DNA of 32,000 nucleotides. It comes from Bradyrhizobium diazoefficiens. Lineage in GTDB: Bacteria; Pseudomonadota; Alphaproteobacteria; Rhizobiales; Xanthobacteraceae. Of the stretch, positions 16,292-25,564 are shown piece after piece (within the stretch, counting starts at the first letter, position 1; each line of letters starts with the position of its first letter). The DNA lies in assembly GCA_018129965.1 (NCBI GenBank), contig JAFCKW010000005.1, one strand, 5' to 3'. Position numbers and translations under genes: made by a program. Under the pieces are notes generated by a model. The model ran no database searches and was not told where the DNA came from. It saw nothing but the letters and a program-made list of their open reading frames with translations.

Positions 16292-17494
16292 ATGATCAAT
16301 ACGCCAGAACAATCCGCTTCAACCGTGGGGTACGTTGACCACAAGCGCTATCTCTGGATGCTGTCCACCCTGTGGCCGGCAACGCCGATGATCGGGCTGT
16401 GGCTGGTGGCGCAGACCGGTTGGAGCATCTGGTACGCCCTGGTCCTGATCATCTGGTACGGGATGGTGCCGCTTCTGGACGCGATGTTCGGCGAGGATTT
16501 CAACAACCCGCCGGAAGAGGCCGTCGAGATGCTCGAGAAGGACCGATACTATCGCGTCCTAACCTATCTGACCGTGCCGATCCATTATGCAGCCCTTCTG
16601 GTGTCGGCCTGGTGGGTCAGTACCCATGCGATGTCTTGGCCCGAAATCATAACCTTGGCGCTCTCGCTGGGAATCGTGAACGGCCTCGCGCTGAACACCG
16701 GGCATGAGCTCGGGCACAAGAAGGAGACTTTCGACCGCTGGTTGGCCAAGCTGGTGCTTGCGGTTGCGGGTTACGGTCATTTCTTCATCGAGCACAACAA
16801 GGGCCATCACCGCGACGTTGCCACCCCGATGGATCCCGCGACCTCACGAATGGGCGAAAGTATCTACCAATTCTCCACCCGCGAGATCCCCGGTGCCTTC
16901 CGCCGCGCCTGGGCACTCGAGGAAGAGCGTCTGTCGCGCCGGGGCAAAAGCGTTTGGAGCCTGGAGAACGAGATTTTGCAGCCGATGCTGATCACCTTCG
17001 CGCTCTATGCGGGCCTGCTGGCCTTTTTCGGCCCCCTGATGCTGGTCTTCCTTCCGATCCAGATGGCGTTCGGGTGGTGGCAGCTGACTAGCGCCAACTA
17101 CATCGAGCATTATGGCCTGCTGCGTGAGAAGCTGCCCAATGGCCGCTACGAGCACCAGAAACCGCACCACTCGTGGAACTCGAACCACATCGTGTCGAAC
17201 CTGATCCTGTTCCATTTGCAGCGCCATTCGGATCACCACGCGCATCCGACGCGGTCCTACCAATCGCTGCGCGACTTCAAGGATCTGCCGACGCTGCCCT
17301 CGGGCTATCCGGGCATGTTCTTCATCGCGCTGATCCCGGGCTGGTTCAGGTCGGCTATGGACTCGCGCGTGGTAGATTGGGCCCATGGCGATCTGAGCAA
17401 GATTCAGATCGAGGATGGCAAGCAAGCGTTTTACGAACGCAAGTTTGGCACGGTCGGCACCGACGCTAAGCCCGGCCTGGTTGCTGCCGAGTGA
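16292..17494 (+). CDS. alkB: Integral-membrane alkane 1-monooxygenase (AlkB, di-iron)
   Basis: All histidine boxes are present: HELGHK, EHNKGHH, NYIEHYGL and LQRHSDHH. TM-rich N-terminal half. 400 aa. Confidence 0.95.
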   Translation: MINTPEQSASTVGYVDHKRYLWMLSTLWPATPMIGLWLVAQTGWSIWYALVLIIWYGMVPLLDAMFGEDFNNPPEEAVEMLEKDRYYRVLTYLTVPIHYAALLVSAWWVSTHAMSWPEIITLALSLGIVNGLALNTGHELGHKKETFDRWLAKLVLAVAGYGHFFIEHNKGHHRDVATPMDPATSRMGESIYQFSTREIPGAFRRAWALEEERLSRRGKSVWSLENEILQPMLITFALYAGLLAFFGPLMLVFLPIQMAFGWWQLTSANYIEHYGLLREKLPNGRYEHQKPHHSWNSNHIVSNLILFHLQRHSDHHAHPTRSYQSLRDFKDLPTLPSGYPGMFFIALIPGWFRSAMDSRVVDWAHGDLSKIQIEDGKQAFYERKFGTVGTDAKPGLVAAE

Positions 17495-17722
17495 AGCGCC
17501 ATCTTCCGCGCCGCTCTGGCTTGCCGAGCGGCATGGACACCCGACACCACAGCCCCGAGCCGCACGACTCGTTTCAATCGTCGAGCGGCAGCGGCTGGCC
17601 ATGTGGGGCGGTCAGGCCGTGCGATAGGATAGGGGGCCGCGCGCCGATCACGGAGAAGACCAGAGATAGCTGCCATTCGGCCCGGCAAAACCGGATCGGC
17701 GGAAAAGGGAGGAAATAGGAAC

Positions 17723-18283
17723 ATGGCCAGGTACCAGTGTCCCGATTGTAAATACACCTATGACGAAACGCTGGGCCATCCGCATGAAGGATTTCCTGCA
17801 GGCACTGCTTGGGCCAACGTGCCCGACGAATGGGCTTGCCCCGATTGCGCAGTGCGCGACAAGGTCGATTTCGAATTAATCGGCGGATCGCCCGCCGCTA
17901 CCACGTCGGCTACTCAGGCCGTCGAGGTTGCCGCGGCGGCACATAGCGCCGTAACGGTCACTGACACCGCAGTGATCGAGAAGCCCGCCAGCCCGATGTC
18001 GGAACCGGCAGTGCGAACGACAGGCGTCCTGCGGGCCGTGGCCTCGGCCCCGGAGGCTATGCAATCCGAAGCGGTCGTCATGGACGGCAAGTCCCCCTCT
18101 GCTGGCTGCAAGCCCTTTGCGAAATGGATATGCATCACCTGCGGCCATATCTATGACGAGGCGCTTGGTGATGCGTCCGATGGCTTCGCCGCTGGGACGC
18201 GGTTCGAGGATATTCCTGACGATTGGTGTTGCCCGGACTGCGGCGCAACGAAAAAAGACTACGTTCTTTGCCAGGAAACTTAG
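17723..18283 (+). CDS. alkG: Two-domain rubredoxin (AlkG-type)
   Basis: Two complete CxxC...CxxC rubredoxin modules ([12 protein letters not shown]...WACPDCAV and [12 protein letters not shown]...WCCPDCGA). They are joined by a roughly 70-80 aa Ala/Thr/Ser/Val-rich linker. GGGAGG SD. Confidence 0.92.
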   Translation: MARYQCPDCKYTYDETLGHPHEGFPAGTAWANVPDEWACPDCAVRDKVDFELIGGSPAATTSATQAVEVAAAAHSAVTVTDTAVIEKPASPMSEPAVRTTGVLRAVASAPEAMQSEAVVMDGKSPSAGCKPFAKWICITCGHIYDEALGDASDGFAAGTRFEDIPDDWCCPDCGATKKDYVLCQET

Positions 18284-18339
18284 TCAATCCGTGTCGGCAA
18301 AGTGTATCGGGCCGATCAGGCCTGCTATGGAGGTCAACC

Positions 18340-19791
18340 GTGAATATTCACGCTCATCCGAACGACATATCGTTGGGCGATACCAGATCATCCCTTGCGG
18401 ATGTTTTTGTGAAGCAACGCAGGGCAGGCTGGGCGCGGCGCTCGGATTTCGACCGCAAGGCACGCATCGCGGCGCTGAACCGGCTGAGGGAAGTCCTGCA
18501 GCGGCGCGAGGCGGACATCATCGCGGCTCTCCATGCGGATTTCCGCAAGCCCGAGAGCGAGGTGAGGCTGACCGAAATCTTGCCGGTGCTGCAGGAGATC
18601 GCGCACACCAAACGCCACCTGAAGGGCTGGATGCGACCACGCCGGGCGGCGGCCACACTGGGTGTTCTGGGCACCAAGGCCAGGATCCGGCCCGAGCCGA
18701 AGGGTGTCTGCCTGATTATTGCGCCCTGGAACTATCCGTTGAACCTGGCGTTCGGGCCGCTGGTCTCGGCACTGGCGGCGGGCAACAGCGCGATCATCAA
18801 GCCGTCGGAACTGACGCTCGCGACCTCTGCCCTGATTGCAGATATCGTGGCCGAGACGTTTTCGCCAGATCTGGTGGCGGTGGTCGAGGGCGATGCTGCG
18901 GTCTCGCAGGAATTGCTGGCGCTGCCGTTCGACCACATCTTCTTCACCGGCAGCCCGCAGGTGGGCAAGCTGGTGATGGAGGCGGCGGCGAAATCGCTGG
19001 CCTCGGTTACCCTAGAACTGGGAGGCAAGTCGCCCACCATCGTCGGCCCCACCGCCAACCTGAAAAAGGCCGCGCGCAATATTGTTTGGGGCAAGTTTGC
19101 CAACAACGGCCAGACCTGCATCGCGCCCGACCACGTGTTCGTGCACCGCGACATCGCGCAGAAGTTCAACGAGACGGTGGTGGCGGAAATCGGCCGCGTC
19201 TATGGCAAGACGCCCGAGGCGCAGAAGATGACACCCGATTATTGCCGTATTGTGAACGACCGGCATTTCAACCGAGTTGCCGGCCTGATCGAGGATGCCC
19301 GTGCCAAGAGCGCGCGGATCCTGCTGGGCGGGCAGACGGACGCGGCGCAGAAATTCGTGGCGCCCACGCTGATCAGCCAGATCACCCTCGAGATGGCGAT
19401 TTCGCGCGAGGAGCTGTTCGGCCCGATCCTGCCGATCATCGAATATGACGATATCGACAAGGTGATTGATCAGATCAACGCCAACCCGAAACCGTTGGCG
19501 CTTTATGTCTTCGACAATAGCCGGGCTTTTGCCGAGGACATCATCACGCGCACCAGTTCGGGCGCGGTGGGGATCAACCTGACGGTCGTGCATTTCCTGC
19601 ATCCCAACCTGCCCTTTGGCGGGGTGAACAACTCGGGCATCGGTGCGGCGCACGGAATCTATGGCTTTCGGGCATTTTCGCATGAAAAGGCCGTCCTGCA
19701 GGACCGGTACTCGATCGTCCACATGCTGTTCCCGCCCTATACGGGTTTCGTGAAGCGGCTCATCAGCCTTGTCGTCAAGGTGCTGGGGTGA
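18340..19791 (+). CDS. NAD(P)-dependent aldehyde dehydrogenase, class-3/fatty-aldehyde type (AlkH-like)
   Basis: Catalytic blocks LELGGKSP and [14 protein letters not shown], plus [13 protein letters not shown] at 18340 is preceded by GGAGG with 6-nt spacing. The ORF-track start at 18223 would overlap the rubredoxin gene by 61 nt. Confidence 0.9.
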   Translation: MNIHAHPNDISLGDTRSSLADVFVKQRRAGWARRSDFDRKARIAALNRLREVLQRREADIIAALHADFRKPESEVRLTEILPVLQEIAHTKRHLKGWMRPRRAAATLGVLGTKARIRPEPKGVCLIIAPWNYPLNLAFGPLVSALAAGNSAIIKPSELTLATSALIADIVAETFSPDLVAVVEGDAAVSQELLALPFDHIFFTGSPQVGKLVMEAAAKSLASVTLELGGKSPTIVGPTANLKKAARNIVWGKFANNGQTCIAPDHVFVHRDIAQKFNETVVAEIGRVYGKTPEAQKMTPDYCRIVNDRHFNRVAGLIEDARAKSARILLGGQTDAAQKFVAPTLISQITLEMAISREELFGPILPIIEYDDIDKVIDQINANPKPLALYVFDNSRAFAEDIITRTSSGAVGINLTVVHFLHPNLPFGGVNNSGIGAAHGIYGFRAFSHEKAVLQDRYSIVHMLFPPYTGFVKRLISLVVKVLG

Positions 19792-21437
19792 CCGGTTCGA
19801 TGGAACAACGATCAGAAAGTCACGGAATGTACGACTACATCATCGTGGGAGCCGGTTCGGCGGGCTGCGTGCTTGCAAATAGGCTGTCCGCAGATCCCAC
19901 GAAGCGCATCCTCTTGCTGGAGGCGGGACCGCGAGACAAAAGCGCGCTGATCCATACGCCGATCGGCATCGCGCTGCTGGCCAACAGCAAGAAACTGAAC
20001 TGGGCCTTCAATACCGAACCCCAGCGGCATCTGAACGCCCGCCGTCTGTTCTGGCCGCGCGGCAAGACGCTGGGCGGGTCCAGTTCGATCAACGCCATGG
20101 TCTATATGCGCGGCCACGAGGCGGATTACGACGGTTGGGAAGCTGCCTCTGACACCTCGGTCTGGGGCTGGGACCGTGTCCGCGCCCTGTTCAAGCGACT
20201 GGAAAACAATCAACGGTTCGGAAGTTCCGAATATCACGGGGCGGGCGGTGAACTGTTCGTCAGCGAATTGCAGACGGTCAACCCGCTCAGCCGATCCTTC
20301 GTCAAGGCGGGGCGTGAACTGCAGATCCAGCATAACGATGATTTCAACGGCGAGCGTCAGGAAGGGGTCGGCCTTTATCAGGTTACGCAGAACCGCGGGC
20401 GGCGCTGGAGCTCGGCCAAGGCGTTTCTGGAAAGCGCGCTGGATCGGTCGAACCTGGAGGTCGTCACCGATGCGCGGGTGACCCGCGTGGTGATGGACGG
20501 TCGGCGCGCGACCGGCGTGTCCTACAGGCGGGGCAACGAATACAAGCAGGCGCGGCTGAACCCCGGGGGCGAGGTCCTGCTGTCCGGCGGCGCGGTGAAC
20601 TCGCCGCAGATGTTGATGCTTTCAGGCATCGGCGCGGCGGAGGAGCTGAAGGAACATGGCATTCCGGTGGTGCATGACCTGCCCGCCGTGGGCAAGAACC
20701 TGCAGGACCATCTGGACATCACGCTGATGAACGCGGCCACTTCGCGCAAACCGATCGGAGTGGCGTTGAGCTTCCTGCCGCGTGGGGTGGCGGGGCTGTT
20801 TTCCTACATCTTCCGCCGCAAGGGGTTTCTGACCAGCAACGTCGCGGAATCGGGCGGCTTCGTCAAAAGCACACCCGAGCGCGACCGGCCGAACCTGCAA
20901 TTCCACTTCCTCCCGACCTATCTGAACGACCATGGACGCAAGATCACCTATGGTTATGGCTATACCCTGCACATCTGCGACCTGCTGCCGAAAAGCCGGG
21001 GCAGGATCGGTCTGAAAAGCCCCGATCCCCTGGATGATCCGCTGATCGACCCGCAATACCTCGAGGACCCGGAGGACATGAAAACCATGATCGCCGGGGT
21101 CAAGATCGGCAGGCGCATCTTCGACGCGCCTGCCATGGCTGTTCATTCCCGGCGCGAGGTTTTGCCCGGTCCCGCGGTTCAGAGCGATGACGAGATCGCC
21201 GCCGATATCCGCAAGCGGGCTGAGACGATCTATCACCCGGTCGGAACCTGCCGGATGGGCGCCGACCCGGCGTCGGTGGTCGATCCGCAGCTTCGGGTGC
21301 GCGGTATCGAGGGGCTACGGGTGATCGACGCCTCGATCATGCCGACGTTGGTAGCGGGCAACACCAATGCGCCGACCATGATGATCGCAGAAAATGCCGC
21401 TGACATGATTTTGGGGAACATCCATTTGCAAGCCTGA
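19788..21437 (+). CDS. GMC-family FAD alcohol dehydrogenase (AlkJ/choline-dehydrogenase-like)
   Basis: [23 protein letters not shown] fold, [13 protein letters not shown], and C-terminal [10 protein letters not shown]...[24 protein letters not shown]. Possible starts are GTG 19788 (overlaps the upstream stop), ATG 19800 or the ATG of MYDY. Confidence 0.9.
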   Translation: MTGSMEQRSESHGMYDYIIVGAGSAGCVLANRLSADPTKRILLLEAGPRDKSALIHTPIGIALLANSKKLNWAFNTEPQRHLNARRLFWPRGKTLGGSSSINAMVYMRGHEADYDGWEAASDTSVWGWDRVRALFKRLENNQRFGSSEYHGAGGELFVSELQTVNPLSRSFVKAGRELQIQHNDDFNGERQEGVGLYQVTQNRGRRWSSAKAFLESALDRSNLEVVTDARVTRVVMDGRRATGVSYRRGNEYKQARLNPGGEVLLSGGAVNSPQMLMLSGIGAAEELKEHGIPVVHDLPAVGKNLQDHLDITLMNAATSRKPIGVALSFLPRGVAGLFSYIFRRKGFLTSNVAESGGFVKSTPERDRPNLQFHFLPTYLNDHGRKITYGYGYTLHICDLLPKSRGRIGLKSPDPLDDPLIDPQYLEDPEDMKTMIAGVKIGRRIFDAPAMAVHSRREVLPGPAVQSDDEIAADIRKRAETIYHPVGTCRMGADPASVVDPQLRVRGIEGLRVIDASIMPTLVAGNTNAPTMMIAENAADMILGNIHLQA

Positions 21438-21659
21438 AAAATCGCAGTAATTCCGCCGAGGCTGCCACCCCACAAATGATGTTGATCCGGGAGGGGTGAC
21501 CGCAATCGGGCGGGCTCCGATGGGGAGCCTACATCCGACGCTCTCAGCGCTTTCGCATCGGACAGGACGGATCAATCCTGTCCACGAAACTCAACCCCGA
21601 TCCGCCCGTAACGTTCGCGGATCGTGCGGCAACAAACAAACCATCGGAGGGAAGTGCGT

Positions 21660-21830
21660 ATGCTCGGATTGATGCAAGACTAGCCTTTGCTTTGCCATCG
21701 GATTATCGAACACGCGGCGAAGTATCACGGTACGCAAGAGGTTGTCACGCGGTCGGTCGAAGGTCCCATTCATCGCACCAATTACGCCGAAATTCATGCG
21801 CGCGCGCTGAAAGTATCGCAACGGCTCGCA
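21660..21830 (+). pseudogene. N-terminal fragment of a medium/long-chain acyl-CoA synthetase (AlkK position), with in-frame stop
   Basis: MLGLMQD-TAG-PLLCHRIIEHAAKYHGTQEVVTRSVEGPIHRTNYAEIHARALKVSQRLA. GGAGGG SD before ATG 21660. The TAG at 21681-21683 sits where related ligases have Trp (TGG). Homology ends near 21830. Confidence 0.7.
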
Positions 21831-22111
21831 GGGCCCTGGCGGCTCAACCAAGGGTGCTGATGCTTGATGAGCCGTCGATGGGGCTCGCACCTCAGGTCGT
21901 TGCTGAAATATTGCGCCTGATCTTGCGCATGCGACACGAATTGGGACTTGGGATACTTCTCGTTGAGCAAAATGCCGAGGCAGCGCTGCGTATCGCAGAC
22001 CACGCCTGCGTGCTCTCTCTGGGGCAAATCACTCTGCGCGGCGCAGGCGCAGATCTCTTGAATGATCCGAGTGTCGTCGAGGCGTTTCTTGGGGGGAATG
22101 CGGCTACTTGA
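21812..22111 (+). pseudogene. C-terminal fragment of a LivF-type branched-chain amino-acid ABC ATPase
   Basis: ALAAQPRVLMLDEPSMGLAPQVVAEILRLI...GILLVEQNAEAALRIADHACVLSLGQITLRGAGADLLNDPSVVEAFLGG. It begins at Walker B. Walker A, the Q-loop and the signature motif are absent. Confidence 0.7.
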
Positions 22112-22522
22112 TGGAAACCCACCGCATCTCCGAGTCAGGACCGGATCGCGAACTGCTTGCATCGCTGCGTGCTCTGACAGGACTGGATACCCCACCCCCG
22201 CAACCATAGAGCGTTTCGAGACCGAGTATCCGAATGCAACTTTCTGGGCGACGTTCGGTCAATCCGAAACCTCGGGCTTGGCGATGCTTTCGCCGTATCG
22301 CGACCGTCCGAAATCCGCGGGCCGGCCGCTGTTTTGGCGCAGCATCACGGTCGTCCATGGCGATGACCGCGCGAAGCCGGCCGGCGAAATCATCGACTTC
22401 GTAGGCGGACAAATCGCTCGCTACAAACGGCCGAAGCACGTTGTGTTGGTCGATAAACTTCCGAGGACTGCGGGGGCGACCTCGATCGGGCTGCTGTTAA
22501 ATCAGCGCACGGGCAGACGTAG
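22112..22522 (+). pseudogene. Middle and C-terminal fragments of an acyl-CoA synthetase (AMP-binding family), frameshifted with internal deletion
   Basis: LASLRALTGLD / IERFETEYPNATFWATFGQSETSG...SAGRPL...VVHGDD then directly EIIDFVGGQIARYKRPKHVVLVDKLPRTAG. The natural end GDLDRAAVKSAHGQT-stop (22520-22522) is only readable after a 1-nt frameshift. Confidence 0.65.
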
Positions 22523-22553
22523 CGGCAAAAGTAACCCGCCGCGACGGGCCGCC

Positions 22554-23483
22554 TCATCCGACCGCGGCAGAGAGGCGGCGAATACCATCGCGCCATTCCC
22601 GCTGTAGCCGCGCGCAGAGTTCTGCGACCGGAATGATGTCGTTGACGCCGCCGACTCCCTGTCCCGCGGTCCAGATATCCTTCCACAGTTTCGGGCTGAT
22701 CTCGCGCGCGACGTTGAAGCCGCTATGGTCCTTCGGGTTGTCGTACGGGCGGTTCAGCGTCTGGGCGAGAAAGCTTGCGCCGATGCCGGAGACTTCCGCC
22801 GTGTAAACGATATCGTCGATGTCAGACTCGCAGATCATGGTCTTTTGCTCGAGCGGCGCCATGCTTTCCTTCGTTGAAATGAAGCGGGTGCCGATCGAGA
22901 CGAGATCGGCGCCGGCCGCGATGGCGCCGGCAACGGACTGACCGTTGCTGACGGCCCCGGCAAGAATGATCGTCTTGTCACCGGCGATCTGCCTCAGTTC
23001 CGTGATGAATGCGAACGGGTTGTACGTGCCGGCGTGGCCGCCGGCCCCGCCGCAGACCGCGATGATGCCGTCCACGTTGGCGTCAAGCGCCTTCTTGGCA
23101 TGCTTCATCGTGGTCGCGTCGTGGAACACCAGCCCGCCATAGCCATGTATGGCGTCGGTCAGCTCTCGCGTAATTCCGAGCGTCGTGATGACGATGGGAA
23201 CCTCATGACGGATGGCCGCGGCGAAGTCTGCCGCGTGCCGAGGATTGGTGGAGTGAACGACGAATTGCGCACCAAAAGGCGCGCAATGTTGCCCGGCGAG
23301 CCGGCCGCGTATGTCGGCCAGCCACGCTTCGAAACCCTCGGTCGTACGCTGGTTGAGGACCGGAAATGTGCCGAGCACACCGGCCTGACAGGCTTCCACG
23401 ACCAGATCCGGTCCCGAGACGAGGAACATTGGCGCCGCCATCACCGGGATTTTGAGATGCCATCGCAGTCGATCAGGTAGCAT
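22554..23483 (-). CDS. Nitronate monooxygenase (NMO / 2-nitropropane dioxygenase-like FMN enzyme)
   Basis: IPVMAAPMFLVSGPDLVVEACQAGVLGTFP and CGGAGGHAGTYNPF motifs. I prefer ATG 23483 (MLPDRL), which leaves 31 nt after the SDR stop. The ORF track extends to 23543. Confidence 0.8.
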   Translation of the reverse strand: MLPDRLRWHLKIPVMAAPMFLVSGPDLVVEACQAGVLGTFPVLNQRTTEGFEAWLADIRGRLAGQHCAPFGAQFVVHSTNPRHAADFAAAIRHEVPIVITTLGITRELTDAIHGYGGLVFHDATTMKHAKKALDANVDGIIAVCGGAGGHAGTYNPFAFITELRQIAGDKTIILAGAVSNGQSVAGAIAAGADLVSIGTRFISTKESMAPLEQKTMICESDIDDIVYTAEVSGIGASFLAQTLNRPYDNPKDHSGFNVAREISPKLWKDIWTAGQGVGGVNDIIPVAELCARLQREWRDGIRRLSAAVG

Positions 23484-23514
23484 ATCGGATGCCGATTGCC
23501 AGAGGAAACGTGGT

Positions 23515-24288
23515 TCAGCGCGACTGCATGCGCGCGCCTGCATCCAGATTGAGCGTGGTCGCGTTCAGGTACGAGTTCTCGACGATATGTTGCACCAGCC
23601 GGGCAAATTCCCGCGGTTGCCCCATCCGGTTCGGGTACAGGATCATACGATCGACAATCGACTGAGAGACATTGTCCGGTATGCCTGCGACCATTGCGGT
23701 ATCGAACAGCCCCGGCGCGATCGAGACGACGCGGATACCTTGCGGCGCAAGGTCGCGCGCCACGGGAAGCGTCAGACCGATCACGCCCGCCTTGCTGGCG
23801 CTGTAGGCGGCTTGACCGATCTGCCCCTGGGACGCGGCACCCGAAGCCGTGTTGACGATGACGCCGCGCTCGCCGCCGTCGGCGTCAGGAGCGTTCCTGG
23901 TCATGGCAAGCGCAGCGAATCTGATGACATTGAAGGTACCGGTCAGGTTGATCGCGATCACCTTGTTCCATGTTGCGATCGGGAACGGTTCGCCCTTTGA
24001 TACGGTCTTGGCAGCATCGGCAACCCCGGCGCAATTTACTGCGACATGAACACCGCCGAACGCGGCGGCGACCGCCGCTATCCCGTCTTTCACACTGGTC
24101 TCGTCAGCGACATCGACGACGCGCGTCAGGCAGGCATCGCCGAGGTCCGATTTGAGTGCCTGCAGCTTTTTTTCGTCGCGATCGAACCCGGCGATCCGCG
24201 CGCCGGCCACGGCGAGCTGCTTGCAGGTCGCGAGCCCCAGTCCAGAGGCCGCGCCGGTCACTACGGCAATCTTGCCATGAAGCTCCAT
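23515..24288 (-). CDS. Short-chain dehydrogenase/reductase, 3-hydroxyacyl-CoA dehydrogenase type-II-like
   Basis: MELHGKIAVVTGAASGLGLA cofactor motif and YSASKAGV catalytic motif. 257 aa from ATG 24288. The Arg-rich 97-aa N-terminal extension in the ORF track overlaps the upstream gene and is rejected. Confidence 0.85.
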   Translation of the reverse strand: MELHGKIAVVTGAASGLGLATCKQLAVAGARIAGFDRDEKKLQALKSDLGDACLTRVVDVADETSVKDGIAAVAAAFGGVHVAVNCAGVADAAKTVSKGEPFPIATWNKVIAINLTGTFNVIRFAALAMTRNAPDADGGERGVIVNTASGAASQGQIGQAAYSASKAGVIGLTLPVARDLAPQGIRVVSIAPGLFDTAMVAGIPDNVSQSIVDRMILYPNRMGQPREFARLVQHIVENSYLNATTLNLDAGARMQSR

Positions 24289-24308
24289 GAAATTATCCTC
24301 GTTGTCTA

Positions 24309-25547
24309 CTATTTGCTCAGGATGGTCACGCACGCTACCGCTTCTTCGATACCGTGCAGTCCGCCGCCATTTTCTGCGATCGCGATCCGCGCGCCGTCGA
24401 CTTGGCGGGCCCCGGCCTCGTGACGCAGTTGCGCGACAAGTTCGTGGACCTGCGCGAGGCCGGTGGCGCCGACCGGATGCCCCTTCGACTCCAGCCCTCC
24501 CGACGGATTGACCGGGACGCGCCCGCCGATGGCGGTTTCGCCGCGTTCGCTGATGGCGCCGCCGTCGCCGAAGGCGCACAGGCCGAGATTTTCGATCTGG
24601 ATGATCTCACCCATGGCGGTGGCATCATGCACTTCGGCAACCGAGATATCGCCCGGACCGACGCCCGCCTTTTCGTAAGCGCGCCTGGCGGCGCGTGCGG
24701 TGCAATGGTTTTCGACGTCCGACGGGTCACGGTCGCTGCCGGTCTGGACCACGGATGCCAGCACCCGGATCGCGCGCGACCGATCGATGCCGTAGCGCTT
24801 GAGGCCCGCTGCAGTTGCCACCACAACCGCCGCTGCGCCGTCCGACACCGGCGAGCACATCGGCAGCGTCAAAGGATACGTAATCGGCGGCGCGCCCAGC
24901 ACCTCGTCAATGGAATAGGGCGTGCGAAACTGCGACAGCGGATTCTCAACAGAGTGTCGGTGATTCTTGGCTGCGACCGCGGCGATCTGGCGCTGCGTCG
25001 TTCCGAAACGCGCCATGTGATAGCGCGAGAACGCCGCATAGACGTCCATGAATACGCTGTAGGGTTTGTCCGACGTAGTGCCAGGCGGCGGATCGATGCC
25101 TTCGCCGAGCTGCATCAGCCGCTCGCCGATTTCGTCCTTGCGGCTGATGTCCCAGGCGCTGTCGAATGATCCGAACATCAGCTCGCGATCCATCGAGAAC
25201 ATCTTCTCAGCGCCAACCGCAAGCGCGATGTCTCCTTCGCCTGCTTTCAGGAAGTTGACGGCCAGGTTCAATGCCGAGCTCCCGCTTGCGCACGCGTTCT
25301 CGACGTTGACGACCGGGATCTGGCCAATCCCCATGGACCGCAGCGCGATCTGGCCGCGCACCATGTGCTGCTTTTCCATGTGCCCCTGCGACGCGTTGGC
25401 GAAGTAGGCGGCTTCCAATGCCGTGGTCTCGAGGTCGGCATCCGCGAGCGCTGCGTTGACCGCCTCCTTCGTCATCGTCTTGATGTCCTTGTCGAGCATG
25501 CGGCCAAACGGCGTCATGCCCACTCCCACGACGTATACGTCTTCCAT
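24309..25547 (-). CDS. Thiolase-superfamily protein, SCP2/lipid-transfer-type thiolase
   Basis: VYVVGVGMTPFGR, catalytic Cys block NVENACASGSSAL, C-terminal GHPVGATGLAQ and IAIAENGGG. ATG 25547 is preceded by GGGAG. The alternative start is 25562. Confidence 0.85.
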   Translation of the reverse strand: MEDVYVVGVGMTPFGRMLDKDIKTMTKEAVNAALADADLETTALEAAYFANASQGHMEKQHMVRGQIALRSMGIGQIPVVNVENACASGSSALNLAVNFLKAGEGDIALAVGAEKMFSMDRELMFGSFDSAWDISRKDEIGERLMQLGEGIDPPPGTTSDKPYSVFMDVYAAFSRYHMARFGTTQRQIAAVAAKNHRHSVENPLSQFRTPYSIDEVLGAPPITYPLTLPMCSPVSDGAAAVVVATAAGLKRYGIDRSRAIRVLASVVQTGSDRDPSDVENHCTARAARRAYEKAGVGPGDISVAEVHDATAMGEIIQIENLGLCAFGDGGAISERGETAIGGRVPVNPSGGLESKGHPVGATGLAQVHELVAQLRHEAGARQVDGARIAIAENGGGLHGIEEAVACVTILSK

Positions 25548-25564
25548 GGCGGCGGCTCCCATTC

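Noticed and set aside
17495-17722. 228-nt gap between alkB and the rubredoxin gene, inspected for an RNA gene, repeat or missing alkF-like ORF
   Set aside because: I saw no convincing ORF, hairpin or repeat, only a GGGAGG SD for the rubredoxin gene. The ORFs listed there are GC-rich shadows.
18117-19448. 443-aa ORF in an alternative + frame across the rubredoxin end and the aldehyde dehydrogenase gene
   Set aside because: Arg/Gly/Pro/Ala-rich low-complexity translation with no motifs. It overlaps a gene with clear catalytic motifs. This is a typical high-GC off-frame artefact.
21560-21583. GGACAGGA-cggatcaa-TCCTGTCC hairpin about 120 nt after the AlkJ-like gene, considered as an intrinsic terminator
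   Set aside because: A perfect 8-bp stem but no U-tract on either strand. It could be a weak or decayed terminator or mere chance, and is not supportable as a feature.
21591-21890. 99-aa minus-strand ORF across the ligase/LivF junction
   Set aside because: It is antisense to recognisable ligase and LivF-derived sequence and has no motifs of its own.
24289-24579. Arg-rich 97-aa N-terminal extension of the SDR ORF (MRLRRRRRHQRTRRNRHRRAR...)
   Set aside because: It overlaps the 3' end of the thiolase-like gene in another frame. The SDR Rossmann motif begins immediately after the internal Met (MELHGKIAVVTGAASGLG), so ATG 24288 is the real start.
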